From Myxococcota bacterium (lineage in GTDB: Bacteria > Myxococcota_A > UBA796 > SXON01), in the NCBI GenBank assembly GCA_040386535.1, contig JAZKFH010000019.1, positions 290,186-354,185 on the forward strand: DNA of 64,000 nt. The letters are read 5' to 3'. The notes beneath the pieces were generated by a model, which had not been told where the DNA came from, made no database searches, and saw only the letters and a program-made list of their open reading frames with translations. Shown piece after piece: positions 30,276 to 41,233 of the stretch (the first letter of the stretch is position 1; the number at the start of each line of letters is the position of its first letter). Position numbers and translations under genes: made by a program.

Positions 30276-31565
30276 CCCCAAACTCGCCCGTACCAACTCG
30301 GGCCACGCCGCGATGCGCTCCTCGAGCGTGGCGCGCGCCGCGGATACTTCGGCGGTGGTGTAGGGGCGCCGTGTGTCCTCCGCGACCAGCGGGTCGCTGA
30401 CCGCGTAGGACTCGGCCACGATGCCGGCGACGTCGAGCCCGTCGAGGGCTTCGAGCGCCGCGCGGGTGGCGTCGTCGAGCCGGGCTTCACACGTCTCGTC
30501 GTCCTCGCAGCCCTGGGCCAGGGCGCCGGTCGTGTACTTCGAGAACGTGTCACCCCAGGACTCGTCCAACCCCCATGGCACGAAGTCGAGCCGCCCGCCG
30601 TTCCCGGGGTCGGCGTACACGAAGGCGTCGTTCAGGTGGAACGGGTACCCGTCGGTCGCGCCGGTCGCGAGGCAGGCCGCCCAATACCGGAGGAAGTGGT
30701 CGACATCGACGAGGTGGCCCACTTGCTCGTCGAAGGAGGGCGCCTCGTGCGCGAGCGCGTCGGCGAGCGCCTCGAGAGGCGCGGGGTCTCCCACCCCCTC
30801 CGAGAGCTCCCAGAAGGGGAGCCCCGACTTGGTGAAGTCGGCGTCGTCGTTGGCCTCCCACAAGTCGCCGTCGTAGAAGTCGTAGCGCCGTTGCAGCCAC
30901 TCGTCGTCGAGCGATTCGATGTTGGCGTAGACGCCGTACGGCTGCTCGTCGATCCAGAGGCGCGCCCAATTCGCGCGGGTGGCGGTGACACCCAGACCCT
31001 GCCACAAGCGCAGGGCGATGACCTCGCGGGCCTGCGCGGGGTCGCTCACCATGTTGTTGAGCGTGAGCCGCTCGAGGCCGGCGAGGCGGGGCCCAGGCCC
31101 GAATTCGCGGAGCTTGACCTTGATCGAGGGCTTGTCCGACAGGCCCTGCCACGTCGTGCTTCCCTTGCGTCGCACGCCCGCGTTCGGGAAGTCGATCCCG
31201 TCGACAGTGACACGCGCGGGCACCCAGACACGCCCGTCCTTCTCGAGGTCGCGGCGGGCCTCTTCGGTCAAGGACACGCGGACCTCGTGCACCACGTCGG
31301 GCGCGTAGAACGCCTCCCACGCGGGGCTGTCGGTGCGGCTGTCCGGCTCGGCCTGCGCGCGCGCCGCATCGCTGAGCTCGGCCCGGAGAAGCTCGGCGGC
31401 GTCGGGATCGTGGGGGGAGGCGACCGCGGCGTGGCGCGGCGGCTCGGGCACGGCTTCGACATGCGGCTCCACGGGAGCCTCGGCCACCGGGTGGAGCGCG
31501 CCGGGGTCTACACATGCGGAGAGCATGAGCGCTGCCAGGAGCGGTGGAGCGTGACGGTCGCACAT
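30270..31565 (-). CDS. CotH kinase family lipoprotein
   Basis: LSAC lipobox; GVRRKGSTTW..KPSIKVK, LTLNN, YGVYANIE, DGYPFHLND, FVPWGLDESW. Confidence 0.85.
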   Translation of the reverse strand: MCDRHAPPLLAALMLSACVDPGALHPVAEAPVEPHVEAVPEPPRHAAVASPHDPDAAELLRAELSDAARAQAEPDSRTDSPAWEAFYAPDVVHEVRVSLTEEARRDLEKDGRVWVPARVTVDGIDFPNAGVRRKGSTTWQGLSDKPSIKVKLREFGPGPRLAGLERLTLNNMVSDPAQAREVIALRLWQGLGVTATRANWARLWIDEQPYGVYANIESLDDEWLQRRYDFYDGDLWEANDDADFTKSGLPFWELSEGVGDPAPLEALADALAHEAPSFDEQVGHLVDVDHFLRYWAACLATGATDGYPFHLNDAFVYADPGNGGRLDFVPWGLDESWGDTFSKYTTGALAQGCEDDETCEARLDDATRAALEALDGLDVAGIVAESYAVSDPLVAEDTRRPYTTAEVSAARATLEERIAAWPELVRASLGL

Positions 31566-31580
31566 ACCCAAGCTTGGGTG

Positions 31581-31937
31581 TCAGGGGCTCGACGCGTCAA
31601 TCGGGACAGTGGCGGGAAGTGTCACGAGCGCGGCGCGGAGCGCGCTGTCGAGCCGCGCGGGGACCGTGGTGGCAGGCACCTCCACGACGGGCTCGCCGTC
31701 GACCATCAACCACAACGCGGGGAGGTGGAAGATGGCGAGCTCTTCGACCAAGGCGGGCGCGCCGGTGGCGTCGACCTCGTAGATCGCCAACCCCTCGATG
31801 GGGGCGAGCGCGGCCAAGGCGGCCTTGACGCCACGGCACGCGCCGCACCCCGGGCGCGTCACGACGAGGAGCACGGGGCCTTTTGCGACGTGGAGCACGC
31901 GGTCGAGGTCCAGGCCGTGCAGCGTGTCGAGGTGCAT
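31581..31937 (-). CDS. Thioredoxin-like protein
   Basis: CGAC motif, YEVDA, IFHLPALWL. Confidence 0.75.
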   Translation of the reverse strand: MHLDTLHGLDLDRVLHVAKGPVLLVVTRPGCGACRGVKAALAALAPIEGLAIYEVDATGAPALVEELAIFHLPALWLMVDGEPVVEVPATTVPARLDSALRAALVTLPATVPIDASSP

Positions 31938-31977
31938 GGGGAACGTTACCCCGCGGCGGTCGGGTAGGATGGTGTCC

Positions 31978-32892
31978 ATGGTTGTGGATCCCGCTGTGGA
32001 CATGGAACTCGACGACGCCACACGCGACGAGCTGGCCGGCTTTTTTGCCCGTCGCTTCCCCACCGCCGAGGCGCGTTCGCAGCTGGCCCGCGCCGCGGGC
32101 CTCGTGCTCGAGCCGGACGAGGAGGATGCGACGGCCGCGGCGGCGTGGATCGCGCTCCTCGCGCGGGCCGACCAGCGGGGCGCGCTGCCTCAGCTCGCGG
32201 ACGCCGCGTGTGCGGCGGCGCCCGAGGACAAGATGCTCGCCGAGGCCCGGACGCTCCTTCGTGGGCCGCGCGTCGCGCCGGCGGGGCGGAGCGGCCGCGG
32301 GGTCGCGTTCGTGGGCGCCGCGTTGGTGCTCGGGATCCTCGGCGCCGGTGTGACGGGCGCGTTGTGGATGTCGGGGACGGGCGGGGGCGCCCGGGTGCCG
32401 CCCGTTGCCGAGGTCGCGCCTGTGCTTTCCGTGGAGGCGGTGCCCGTGGCCGCTGCGGTCGTGCCTCCGGTGGAAGAGCCTCCCATGATCGAGCCCGCCG
32501 TCGCCGAGCCGGTCGTGAACGAGCCCGTCGTGACGCCGGCGTCCCCGATGCCCGAGCCGGCCGTGGTCGTCGCGTCCCCGCCCGCTGAACCCACCCCCGC
32601 CCCGTCGTCGTCGTCGTCGTCGTCCGCCCCCACCTCGTGCCGCGGCGCCTCCGGCGTGATCGTGGGCTGGTGGTACGCGGGCACGGTCTCCCCCGGGGCC
32701 CAGGGCGCCACAGTCACACTGCCCTCCAGCGTGAACGTGCGTGCCGACTATCCGCACCGTGACAACGGCTACGCGATGCGCGGGCGGGTGCTGTGTTCGT
32801 TGTCCGCGGGCACGACACAGCGCCTGTCCAACGCACCGGTGGACATCGGCCAGGGGCACTGGTGGGTGCCCGTGGCGGGAGGCGATCTCTAG
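31978..32892 (+). CDS. EAD1-like N-terminal domain / TM / Pro-rich linker / extracytoplasmic domain protein
   Basis: ELAGFFARRFP..LARAAGL..AWIALLARADQRGALPQLADAA..APED resembles effector-associated domain 1; one TM; alternative start 32002. Confidence 0.65.
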   Translation: MVVDPAVDMELDDATRDELAGFFARRFPTAEARSQLARAAGLVLEPDEEDATAAAAWIALLARADQRGALPQLADAACAAAPEDKMLAEARTLLRGPRVAPAGRSGRGVAFVGAALVLGILGAGVTGALWMSGTGGGARVPPVAEVAPVLSVEAVPVAAAVVPPVEEPPMIEPAVAEPVVNEPVVTPASPMPEPAVVVASPPAEPTPAPSSSSSSSAPTSCRGASGVIVGWWYAGTVSPGAQGATVTLPSSVNVRADYPHRDNGYAMRGRVLCSLSAGTTQRLSNAPVDIGQGHWWVPVAGGDL

Positions 32893-32982
32893 GCGATTCT
32901 GGGTCGCGAACCCCCTCCCATCGAGCCCGAATGCCCCGGAGACGTCGTCAGGAGGCCTCCGACGGGCTAACCGCCGTGTCCC

Positions 32983-34872
<1,890 letters not shown>

Positions 34873-34918
34873 TTTGACTTCAGTGCCTACGCACTAGGTT
34901 CTCCGTGAGGGGAGAACA

Positions 34919-35581
34919 ATGCGTACGCTCCTGTTGGGGTTTGCCGCGTGGGCCGCCGTGGGCTGCGCGACCGTGGGCACGGTGCAGACCGCGCGCCCGA
35001 TCGACCCGGGCACGGTCCAGGTGGGGCTGGAGCCCGGCGTGTGGGGGGTGCAGGACCGCGGATGGGTCCCTACCGCCAACCTTTCCGCTCGCTACGGCAT
35101 CAGCCGGCGGATGGACCTCGGCGCCCGCTTCGGCGCCGGCGGGCTCGGCGTGTCGGGCAAGTTCGCGTTGACCGATCCCTGGGACGACCGCATGGTCGTG
35201 TCGGTGGCGCCGATGGTGGGCGGCTTCGGGCTGGGCGCGCTCGGGGTGGGCACCCGGTCCGTGCACTGGCAGGTGCCCCTGATCGTGGGCGTGGGCTTCC
35301 GCGGCGGGCACGAGCTGGTGCTCGCGCCGAAGGTGACCGGGTGGAGCTTGTCGGGGAACGCCGCGGTGGCCCGTGGGCGCTCCATGGTCGTCGGGGCGGG
35401 GGGCACGGTGGGGCTCTCGATTCGCGTCTCGAACGGCGTGCGCCTGCTCCCCGAGATCGGGATGGTGCAGCCCATCGTCGGGCGTGCGAACGGCAAGATC
35501 CTCTGGTGGGACATCAACACGCGCGCGGGCGTGCCGCTCTACCAGGCCACGTTCGGCATCCTCATCGGCGGGGAACGTTAG
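34919..35581 (+). CDS. Hypothetical lipoprotein with beta-barrel-like body
   Basis: AVGC lipobox, TVQTARPIDPG, amphipathic beta-strands; similar to 42822-43517. Confidence 0.65.
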   Translation: MRTLLLGFAAWAAVGCATVGTVQTARPIDPGTVQVGLEPGVWGVQDRGWVPTANLSARYGISRRMDLGARFGAGGLGVSGKFALTDPWDDRMVVSVAPMVGGFGLGALGVGTRSVHWQVPLIVGVGFRGGHELVLAPKVTGWSLSGNAAVARGRSMVVGAGGTVGLSIRVSNGVRLLPEIGMVQPIVGRANGKILWWDINTRAGVPLYQATFGILIGGER

Positions 35582-35591
35582 CGCCGCGCGG

Positions 35592-36356
35592 TCAGCCCTC
35601 GAACGCCTGCCCGTCCAACCCGAGCTCCACCGGCACCCCGGTTGCCCGCACGGTCTCGAGCGCGCGTTCGGGATCCACGTTCGGGTACAGGTGCGTGAGC
35701 ACCACGCGCTTGGGGCGCGCCGCGTCGACGATCTCGGCCACGTCGGCCGCGCAGAGGTGGGAGTTCCACGGATCCGTCGTCTCGGCCGCGCACTCGGTCA
35801 CCAGGACGTCCGCGCCGCGCGCGAGCCGCGCCAGCGCTTCGCTCGGGCCGGTGTCACCCGAGAACACCACACGGAAGCCGCTCGGCCCGGTGAACGACAG
35901 GTGCAGGGCGCCCGCGGAGTGAACGGCGGGGAGCGTGTCGAGGCGCACGCCGCCGGGGAGGTCGGCGCCATCCGGCCCGTCAAGCTCGAGCTCGCGGATG
36001 CGCACCTTCCAGCCCTCGGGCCGGATCCACTTGCCGTACGCGCCCTCGAGCGCCGCGAAGAAGTCCTTGAAGCCGGTGCCGGCCCAGATCGGGTAGTCGC
36101 GCCGCCGCGGCTTGTCGGCGCCCACCTTCATCGTGAAGAGGAGGGGAACGAGGTCCCCGCAGTGGTCGACGTGCCGGTGGGTGTACACCCCGCCGTCGAG
36201 CTCGCGCGCGTCGACCCCGAGCGCCGCCAGCCGGCCCATCGTGCCGCTCCCGCCGTCGACCAGGATCCGCGCGCCGTCGGACTCGACGAGGAACCCGGCA
36301 GGCCCCCGCGCCGCGTCCGGGACGGTGGTGCCCGTGCCGACAAGCGTGAATCTCAT
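35592..36356 (-). CDS. MBL-fold metallo-hydrolase (RNase Z-like)
   Basis: VGTGT, LVDGGSG, THRHVDHCGD, FSGDT, LVTEC, LTHLYP. Confidence 0.88.
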   Translation of the reverse strand: MRFTLVGTGTTVPDAARGPAGFLVESDGARILVDGGSGTMGRLAALGVDARELDGGVYTHRHVDHCGDLVPLLFTMKVGADKPRRRDYPIWAGTGFKDFFAALEGAYGKWIRPEGWKVRIRELELDGPDGADLPGGVRLDTLPAVHSAGALHLSFTGPSGFRVVFSGDTGPSEALARLARGADVLVTECAAETTDPWNSHLCAADVAEIVDAARPKRVVLTHLYPNVDPERALETVRATGVPVELGLDGQAFEG

Positions 36357-37141
36357 CCGTTGTCGTCCTCGAGCAGGATCTCGGCTTCGTCGTGAAGAGC
36401 GCGACGGATCCGCTCCTCCACGTCATCGGCCGAGGTAGAGCCTCGTAGCACGTTGCGCCGGTAGATCTCGATCCTCGGCTCGCGAGCGTCCGGATCGAGC
36501 AGCAGCGCGTCGACCAGGGGGCTCGGTGGCGGGGTGAGGCCGCGCAGGACATCGAGCGCGGGGAGGTCGACCAGGTCGAGGGTGACGCCCCGGAGCGCGT
36601 CCCGGATCGGTGGGTCGAGCGCGGCGGTAGCGGCGAACACGAGGGCGTCCCAATCCTCGGCGGGGAGCTCGAGCGGCGGCGGATAGGCCTTCGGATCGAG
36701 CGCCGTGGCGCGGAGGGACGCGGCCAGCGCGAGGTCGGCCTGACCGGACAGGTCGAGCGCGAGGCTGCGTACGGCGTGCGCCCGTGCGTCCCCCGGCTCC
36801 CGTACGATGGCGGCGTCGGCCGCGACCAGGGCCCTCTCCACCTGGCAGGCGGCGAGCAGGGCGGCGGCTTCGAGCGCGCCCACCTGGGCCCCCCGACGCG
36901 CGGCCTGGTTGGCAGCCAGCGCGCCGACCTCCCCGTGGCCGTACGCGGGCGCCGCGGCGGCCACGATGAGCAGGGCGTCGACGTCGTCGGGGTCCTCGTC
37001 GAGCAGCTCCTCCGCGAGCACGACGGCCGCGGCGTGATCTCCCTGGGCGAGCGCGTTCCGGCTCGCGTCGAGCAACATCGCGTGGCGCGCGGACGGTTCG
37101 AGCGTCCACCCCCCGCCACCTCCGGGGACGAAGTCACCCAA
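36353..37141 (-). CDS. TPR protein with degenerate minimal-zincin domain
   Basis: TPR helices; LDPPIRDAL..VDLP..IEIYRRNVLR..VEERIRRALHDEAE (HExxH lost); TTG start. Confidence 0.7.
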   Translation of the reverse strand: MGDFVPGGGGGWTLEPSARHAMLLDASRNALAQGDHAAAVVLAEELLDEDPDDVDALLIVAAAAPAYGHGEVGALAANQAARRGAQVGALEAAALLAACQVERALVAADAAIVREPGDARAHAVRSLALDLSGQADLALAASLRATALDPKAYPPPLELPAEDWDALVFAATAALDPPIRDALRGVTLDLVDLPALDVLRGLTPPPSPLVDALLLDPDAREPRIEIYRRNVLRGSTSADDVEERIRRALHDEAEILLEDDNG

Positions 37142-38051
37142 GGAGGTAGAACCCCAGGGCGGCGATGCAAGACACGAGGAGCGCCATCACGACGAACGCG
37201 CCCACCAGGAGCACGACGCGGGTGGGGCCGCCCCCGTTGACGCTCCCGTTCATGGGGAGCGGGGGCACGACCGCTGCGATCGTCGCGCCGGGGGTCGGCT
37301 TCGGGGGTGCCGGCGGTGTCATCGGGCGCGTGGGGACCGAGGAGGGGGCCGCCCCGCGGAAGGCGCCGGCGCGGAGCGCGAGCGCGAACACGCCGAACTC
37401 GGCGATGTCCTTGCACAGCGCCATGTTGGAGAGGAGCCACTTCTCGAAGTTGGTCTCCTCCGCCGCGCTCGACATACGACCGGCCTCGTAGAGGGGCAGC
37501 GGCGCGTAGTCGAGGTTGGGCTCGTCGGGCACCTCGGTGAACCCGACGGTCGCGTTCTGCTGCAACCACCGCTTGAGCGTGTAGCGCGCGCGGAGCACGG
37601 CCAGCGGCATCCCGCCCTGGCCCTCGGCTTCCTTGTTCAGCTCGTCGATCGGCCAGCTCGAGTCGTACGCGTGGGCGAGCAACGTGACGGTCTCCGTCGG
37701 GAGGCCCTTCCGCGCGATGGCGAGAAGCTCCGTGGGGGACCGCCCCGCCGTGATCTGGTTGGGGAAGTCGCCCCCGGCGATGCGCCCGCCGGCCGTCGCC
37801 AGCTCTTCGGCGAGGATGTCGTGGGCCCAGCCGACGAGCTCGGACTCGGTAGCGACGGTGCCGATGCCCTGCTGGAACCGCGTGCAGGAGTTCTGCAAGG
37901 GCACGCGCCCGAGGGCGTCCCCCAGGCGGGAGGCGGTGACGGCGTAGTACCAATCCGAGAACCGCTGGGCCATGTCCTGACCCGAGTCGCGGTCCCCGCC
38001 CCGCCATTGGCGGAACAACTGGGTCGTCGGGACCGTGCGGAGATCACTCAT
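37134..38051 (-). CDS. ECF sigma-like / zf-HC2 anti-sigma-like / TM fusion protein
   Basis: Sigma2-like QLFRQWRGGD..RLG..LQ..LVGWAHDI; sigma4-like KGLP..DEL..LRARYTLKRWL; anti-sigma-like LPLYEAGRMS..FEKWL...C; C-terminal TM. Confidence 0.65.
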   Translation of the reverse strand: MSDLRTVPTTQLFRQWRGGDRDSGQDMAQRFSDWYYAVTASRLGDALGRVPLQNSCTRFQQGIGTVATESELVGWAHDILAEELATAGGRIAGGDFPNQITAGRSPTELLAIARKGLPTETVTLLAHAYDSSWPIDELNKEAEGQGGMPLAVLRARYTLKRWLQQNATVGFTEVPDEPNLDYAPLPLYEAGRMSSAAEETNFEKWLLSNMALCKDIAEFGVFALALRAGAFRGAAPSSVPTRPMTPPAPPKPTPGATIAAVVPPLPMNGSVNGGGPTRVVLLVGAFVVMALLVSCIAALGFYLLG

Positions 38052-38165
38052 TCAACTGCTCCCGTCTGCGGAGGGCGTCCGGAGGGTGTCCCCCGGGCGT
38101 ACGCCGCCCCTGTATCTGGCGGCCGATGATAGGGAGCGCATCCCCGGACCGCAAGGGCCCCCGCC

Positions 38166-39278
38166 GTGCACGAAAGCTCCAGGTTTCCGTCCGTCGTGCT
38201 CGCCGCGCTCCTGATGGCCGCGCCGATGGCCCACGCCACGGCTCCCACCGAGGCGTTCGCAGCCGCCGTGCGCACGTGGTTCGACGCGCCGGCCGAGGCC
38301 GGAGAGGCGCTGGAGCGGCTGCACGCGGCCTTCCCCGAGGACGACGACGTGGCGTGGTGGCTCGCCCGGGTGCGGCTCGAAGATGGCCGCGACGCCGACG
38401 CGCGCGCGCTCCTCGTCGGCCGGGTGGGGCGCAAGGTGCCGACGCACCGTTTCGCGTGGCTTCGTGCGCGCGCGGCCGCTGCAACGGACCCGGCGTGGGC
38501 GCGGACGGAGCTGGCGCAGGCGCTCGCGAGCCCCGGCGTGGCGATGGATCCCGACCGGACCGAGATGTACACGCTCGCCGCGCGGCTCGCGTGGAGCGCG
38601 GGCGACGAGGCCGACACGCTCGCGCACGTCCGCGCCGCGGGAGGGGCGCTCCCCGGCTTCACGAGCTGGGTGCGTCGCGGGCCCGTCACGCGGCTCCGTG
38701 TCGAGGTCGGCGGGCGGGCGAGCGTCGTCACCGCGGGGGGGCTCGTGGTCGAGGGAGAGGCCTGCGCGAGCGTCGTGGAGGGGCCGGTGGAGGTGCCCGG
38801 GCCGCGCATCGAGCGGGCCGACGGTCGCGCGTGCCTCGCGCCGGGCGCACGGGCCCACCTCGCGCCGGCGCCCGGCGGGTGGGGCTACGTGGCGGTGGAC
38901 GCGCCCGAGGGGGAGGGGATCTTCACGATCACGGGCTGCGACGCGACCCCGCGCGCCGTGCGGAGGGGCCCCGGGCTCACCAGCCCCGCCTGGCTCGGTG
39001 ACACCGTGTTGTGGATCGAGGGCGGCGTGGCCCAGACGGAGGCCGGCCCGGTGTGGCCAGAATCGAACACCATTCGCCTGACGACGATCCCCGAGGGGGT
39101 GCTCGCGATCGTGTGGTCCGCCGACGCGCCCCGGCTCCGGTTCGCGCAGTCCCCCGATCAGCCCCTGGCGCCCGTGTTCGCCGAGGACCCCCCGATCACG
39201 CGAGCCACGGCGTGCCCATCGCCGCCAGCAGCACGAGCTCCCGCAGCTCCACCGCCGCGCCCACCACGTCCCCGTTGA
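38166..39278 (+). CDS. Hypothetical exported TPR / beta-rich protein
   Basis: Signal ending MAHA; TPR-like helices; TolB-like SPAW motif. Confidence 0.55.
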   Translation: MHESSRFPSVVLAALLMAAPMAHATAPTEAFAAAVRTWFDAPAEAGEALERLHAAFPEDDDVAWWLARVRLEDGRDADARALLVGRVGRKVPTHRFAWLRARAAAATDPAWARTELAQALASPGVAMDPDRTEMYTLAARLAWSAGDEADTLAHVRAAGGALPGFTSWVRRGPVTRLRVEVGGRASVVTAGGLVVEGEACASVVEGPVEVPGPRIERADGRACLAPGARAHLAPAPGGWGYVAVDAPEGEGIFTITGCDATPRAVRRGPGLTSPAWLGDTVLWIEGGVAQTEAGPVWPESNTIRLTTIPEGVLAIVWSADAPRLRFAQSPDQPLAPVFAEDPPITRATACPSPPAARAPAAPPPRPPRPR

Positions 39279-39957
39279 TCCCGCCGATCCTCGCCCGCCA
39301 CGAGGCCTGCCACGCGATCGTGGCGGCGCCCGCTCCGGCCAACCCCACGAGCAGCCCGCCTGCCGCGGCGGGAACGACGATGATGACGGGCGCGACGATC
39401 AGCGCCGCCAGGAGCACGGCCCACAGGGCGTCCTTGGCGCCCACCTCCAAGGCGAGGCGCGCGAACAGGCCCTTCCCGGGGGTCGCGGGCGCGCAGAACG
39501 CGATCTCGAACGGGAGAAAGGCGCGCGCGCACACCACCGCCGCCCACAACGCCGCGGCGCCCGTCCCATTCTCCACGCAGGCCGCGAGCAGGACCACCTT
39601 GGCGAGGAGCATCAACGCGGTGCCGGCGGCGCCCACGGCGCCCGCGGCGGGGTCGTGCATGACCCGCAGGCGCTTCTCCGCGTCGCCGTTGCAGTGCATC
39701 CCGTCGAGGCAGTCCGAGAACCCGTCGACATGCAGGGCGCCGGTCATCCACACCATCGCGCCCACCGCGCCCACCGCGCCCACGAGCGGCGTCAGCGCGA
39801 AGCTCCCGACGATCAGGGCGGCCATCCCGAAAGTCGCGACGACCGCGCCCGCGAGCGGAAACCACCGGACCGCGCGCGCCCAGTCGCCCGGGCCGGGGGC
39901 TTCGGTCGCGAGCGGGACGCGGGTGAGGAACGTCAGGCCGATCCGCAGCCCGTTCAC
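39196..39957 (-). CDS. cobS: Adenosylcobinamide-GDP ribazoletransferase (cobalamin synthase)
   Basis: FLTRVP, WFPLAG, TGALHVDGFSDCLDG, MHDP, GGINGDVVGA. Confidence 0.93.
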   Translation of the reverse strand: MNGLRIGLTFLTRVPLATEAPGPGDWARAVRWFPLAGAVVATFGMAALIVGSFALTPLVGAVGAVGAMVWMTGALHVDGFSDCLDGMHCNGDAEKRLRVMHDPAAGAVGAAGTALMLLAKVVLLAACVENGTGAAALWAAVVCARAFLPFEIAFCAPATPGKGLFARLALEVGAKDALWAVLLAALIVAPVIIVVPAAAGGLLVGLAGAGAATIAWQASWRARIGGINGDVVGAAVELRELVLLAAMGTPWLA

Positions 39958-40463
39958 TTCAGCGTCATCGGCAGGCCGGACACGACGAAGGTGACGTGAT
40001 CGGCCGAGGCGGCGACGCGCTGGTTGCACCGGCCGAGCAGATCGCGGTAGCGACGGCTGATCGGGTCTCCGGGGACGATGCCGAGCCCGACCTCGTTGGT
40101 CACGAGCCACATCGGCACGGTCACCCGGCGCAGCGCGCGCACGAGCGCCTCGATGCGCGCCTCGGGGTCGTTGCCCGCCTTCGGGTGGAACATCAGGTTG
40201 CTCACCCACAGCGTGAGGCAGTCCACCACGATGGCGCCGTGGGTCAGGGTGGGCAGCAGCCGCTCGAGATCGAGGGGCTCCTCGACCGTGTGCCAGCGCG
40301 CCGAACGTTCGGCCTGATGGCGCTGGATGCGCTCGGCCATCTCGTCGTCCCCCACCTCGGCGGTGGCGACGAAGGCGATCGTGGGGGCGTCGGTGGCCTC
40401 GGCCTGCGCGAGCACGAAGCTGCTCTTGCCGGCACGCGCTCCGCCGGTCACGAGGTGGATCAT
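39954..40463 (-). CDS. cobU: Adenosylcobinamide kinase / guanylyltransferase
   Basis: VTGGARAGKS, DDEMAERIQRHQ, VDCLTLW, VTNEVGLGIVP. Confidence 0.95.
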   Translation of the reverse strand: MIHLVTGGARAGKSSFVLAQAEATDAPTIAFVATAEVGDDEMAERIQRHQAERSARWHTVEEPLDLERLLPTLTHGAIVVDCLTLWVSNLMFHPKAGNDPEARIEALVRALRRVTVPMWLVTNEVGLGIVPGDPISRRYRDLLGRCNQRVAASADHVTFVVSGLPMTLK

Positions 40464-41161
40464 CCCTCGGTCCGCGGGCGCACGCGCACCGTGGAGAACA
40501 CGCGGCTCTCGACCCAGTAGTGGCGCGCGTCGAACGCGAACGATCCCTCGCCGGCGCCCAGGAAGGCCTCCACGCGGTCGATCCCGTCGGGCGAGGGCCA
40601 CACCGCCACCTCGCCGAAGCCGATGTAGCGAAGGAGGAAGGGGTGGAGCGCCTTGTAGATGGCCTCCTTGATGGAGAAGCGGATGGCCGTGTCGCGCCAG
40701 CGCCGCTCGGCGGGGAGGGTGTCGACGGCGACGAGCTCCTCGGGGCGCAGCACGCGGCTCGCGACGCCGGGGCGGTCACGGTCGGTCTCCTCGAGATCGA
40801 TCCCGAGGCCGGGGTTGCCGCGCGCGATCATCGCGATGGCGAGATCGTTCTTGTGGGTGACGGAGCCGGCCACACCGGGCTGGAACTCGGGCGCGCCGTG
40901 CACGTTGGTGAGCACGGGGGTGCGGCGCAGACCAAGCTCCGGGAAGAGCTCACCGAGGGCGAGGCGCCCCCCGACGAACTGCACCTGGCGAAATCCACCG
41001 AGGGTGAGGGCGTGGGCGCGTTCGTCCGGATGCAGGCGTGCGAGCACCTCTTTCGGCACGGGATCCGGGCGCGGGGGCAGGTGCATCCCCGCCGCGATCC
41101 CGTGGGGGAGCGCCACGATGAACGCGGGGGTGAAAGGCACGATGGGCGAGAGGCGGATCAC
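40460..41161 (-). CDS. 4'-phosphopantetheinyl transferase (EntD-like)
   Basis: FVGGR, GSVTH, GLGIDLE, FSIKEAIYKA. Confidence 0.88.
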   Translation of the reverse strand: MIRLSPIVPFTPAFIVALPHGIAAGMHLPPRPDPVPKEVLARLHPDERAHALTLGGFRQVQFVGGRLALGELFPELGLRRTPVLTNVHGAPEFQPGVAGSVTHKNDLAIAMIARGNPGLGIDLEETDRDRPGVASRVLRPEELVAVDTLPAERRWRDTAIRFSIKEAIYKALHPFLLRYIGFGEVAVWPSPDGIDRVEAFLGAGEGSFAFDARHYWVESRVFSTVRVRPRTEG

Positions 41162-41233
41162 AGCGGACCGAGGAGGCGCACATCTTATGCTCGCGCGCGG
41201 GCCGAGGGCGGCTCACGCGACTACAATCGCGCC

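Noticed and set aside
34873..34900. TTGACT..TAGGTT promoter candidate
   Set aside because: Spacer of 15 nt is suboptimal; too weak to call
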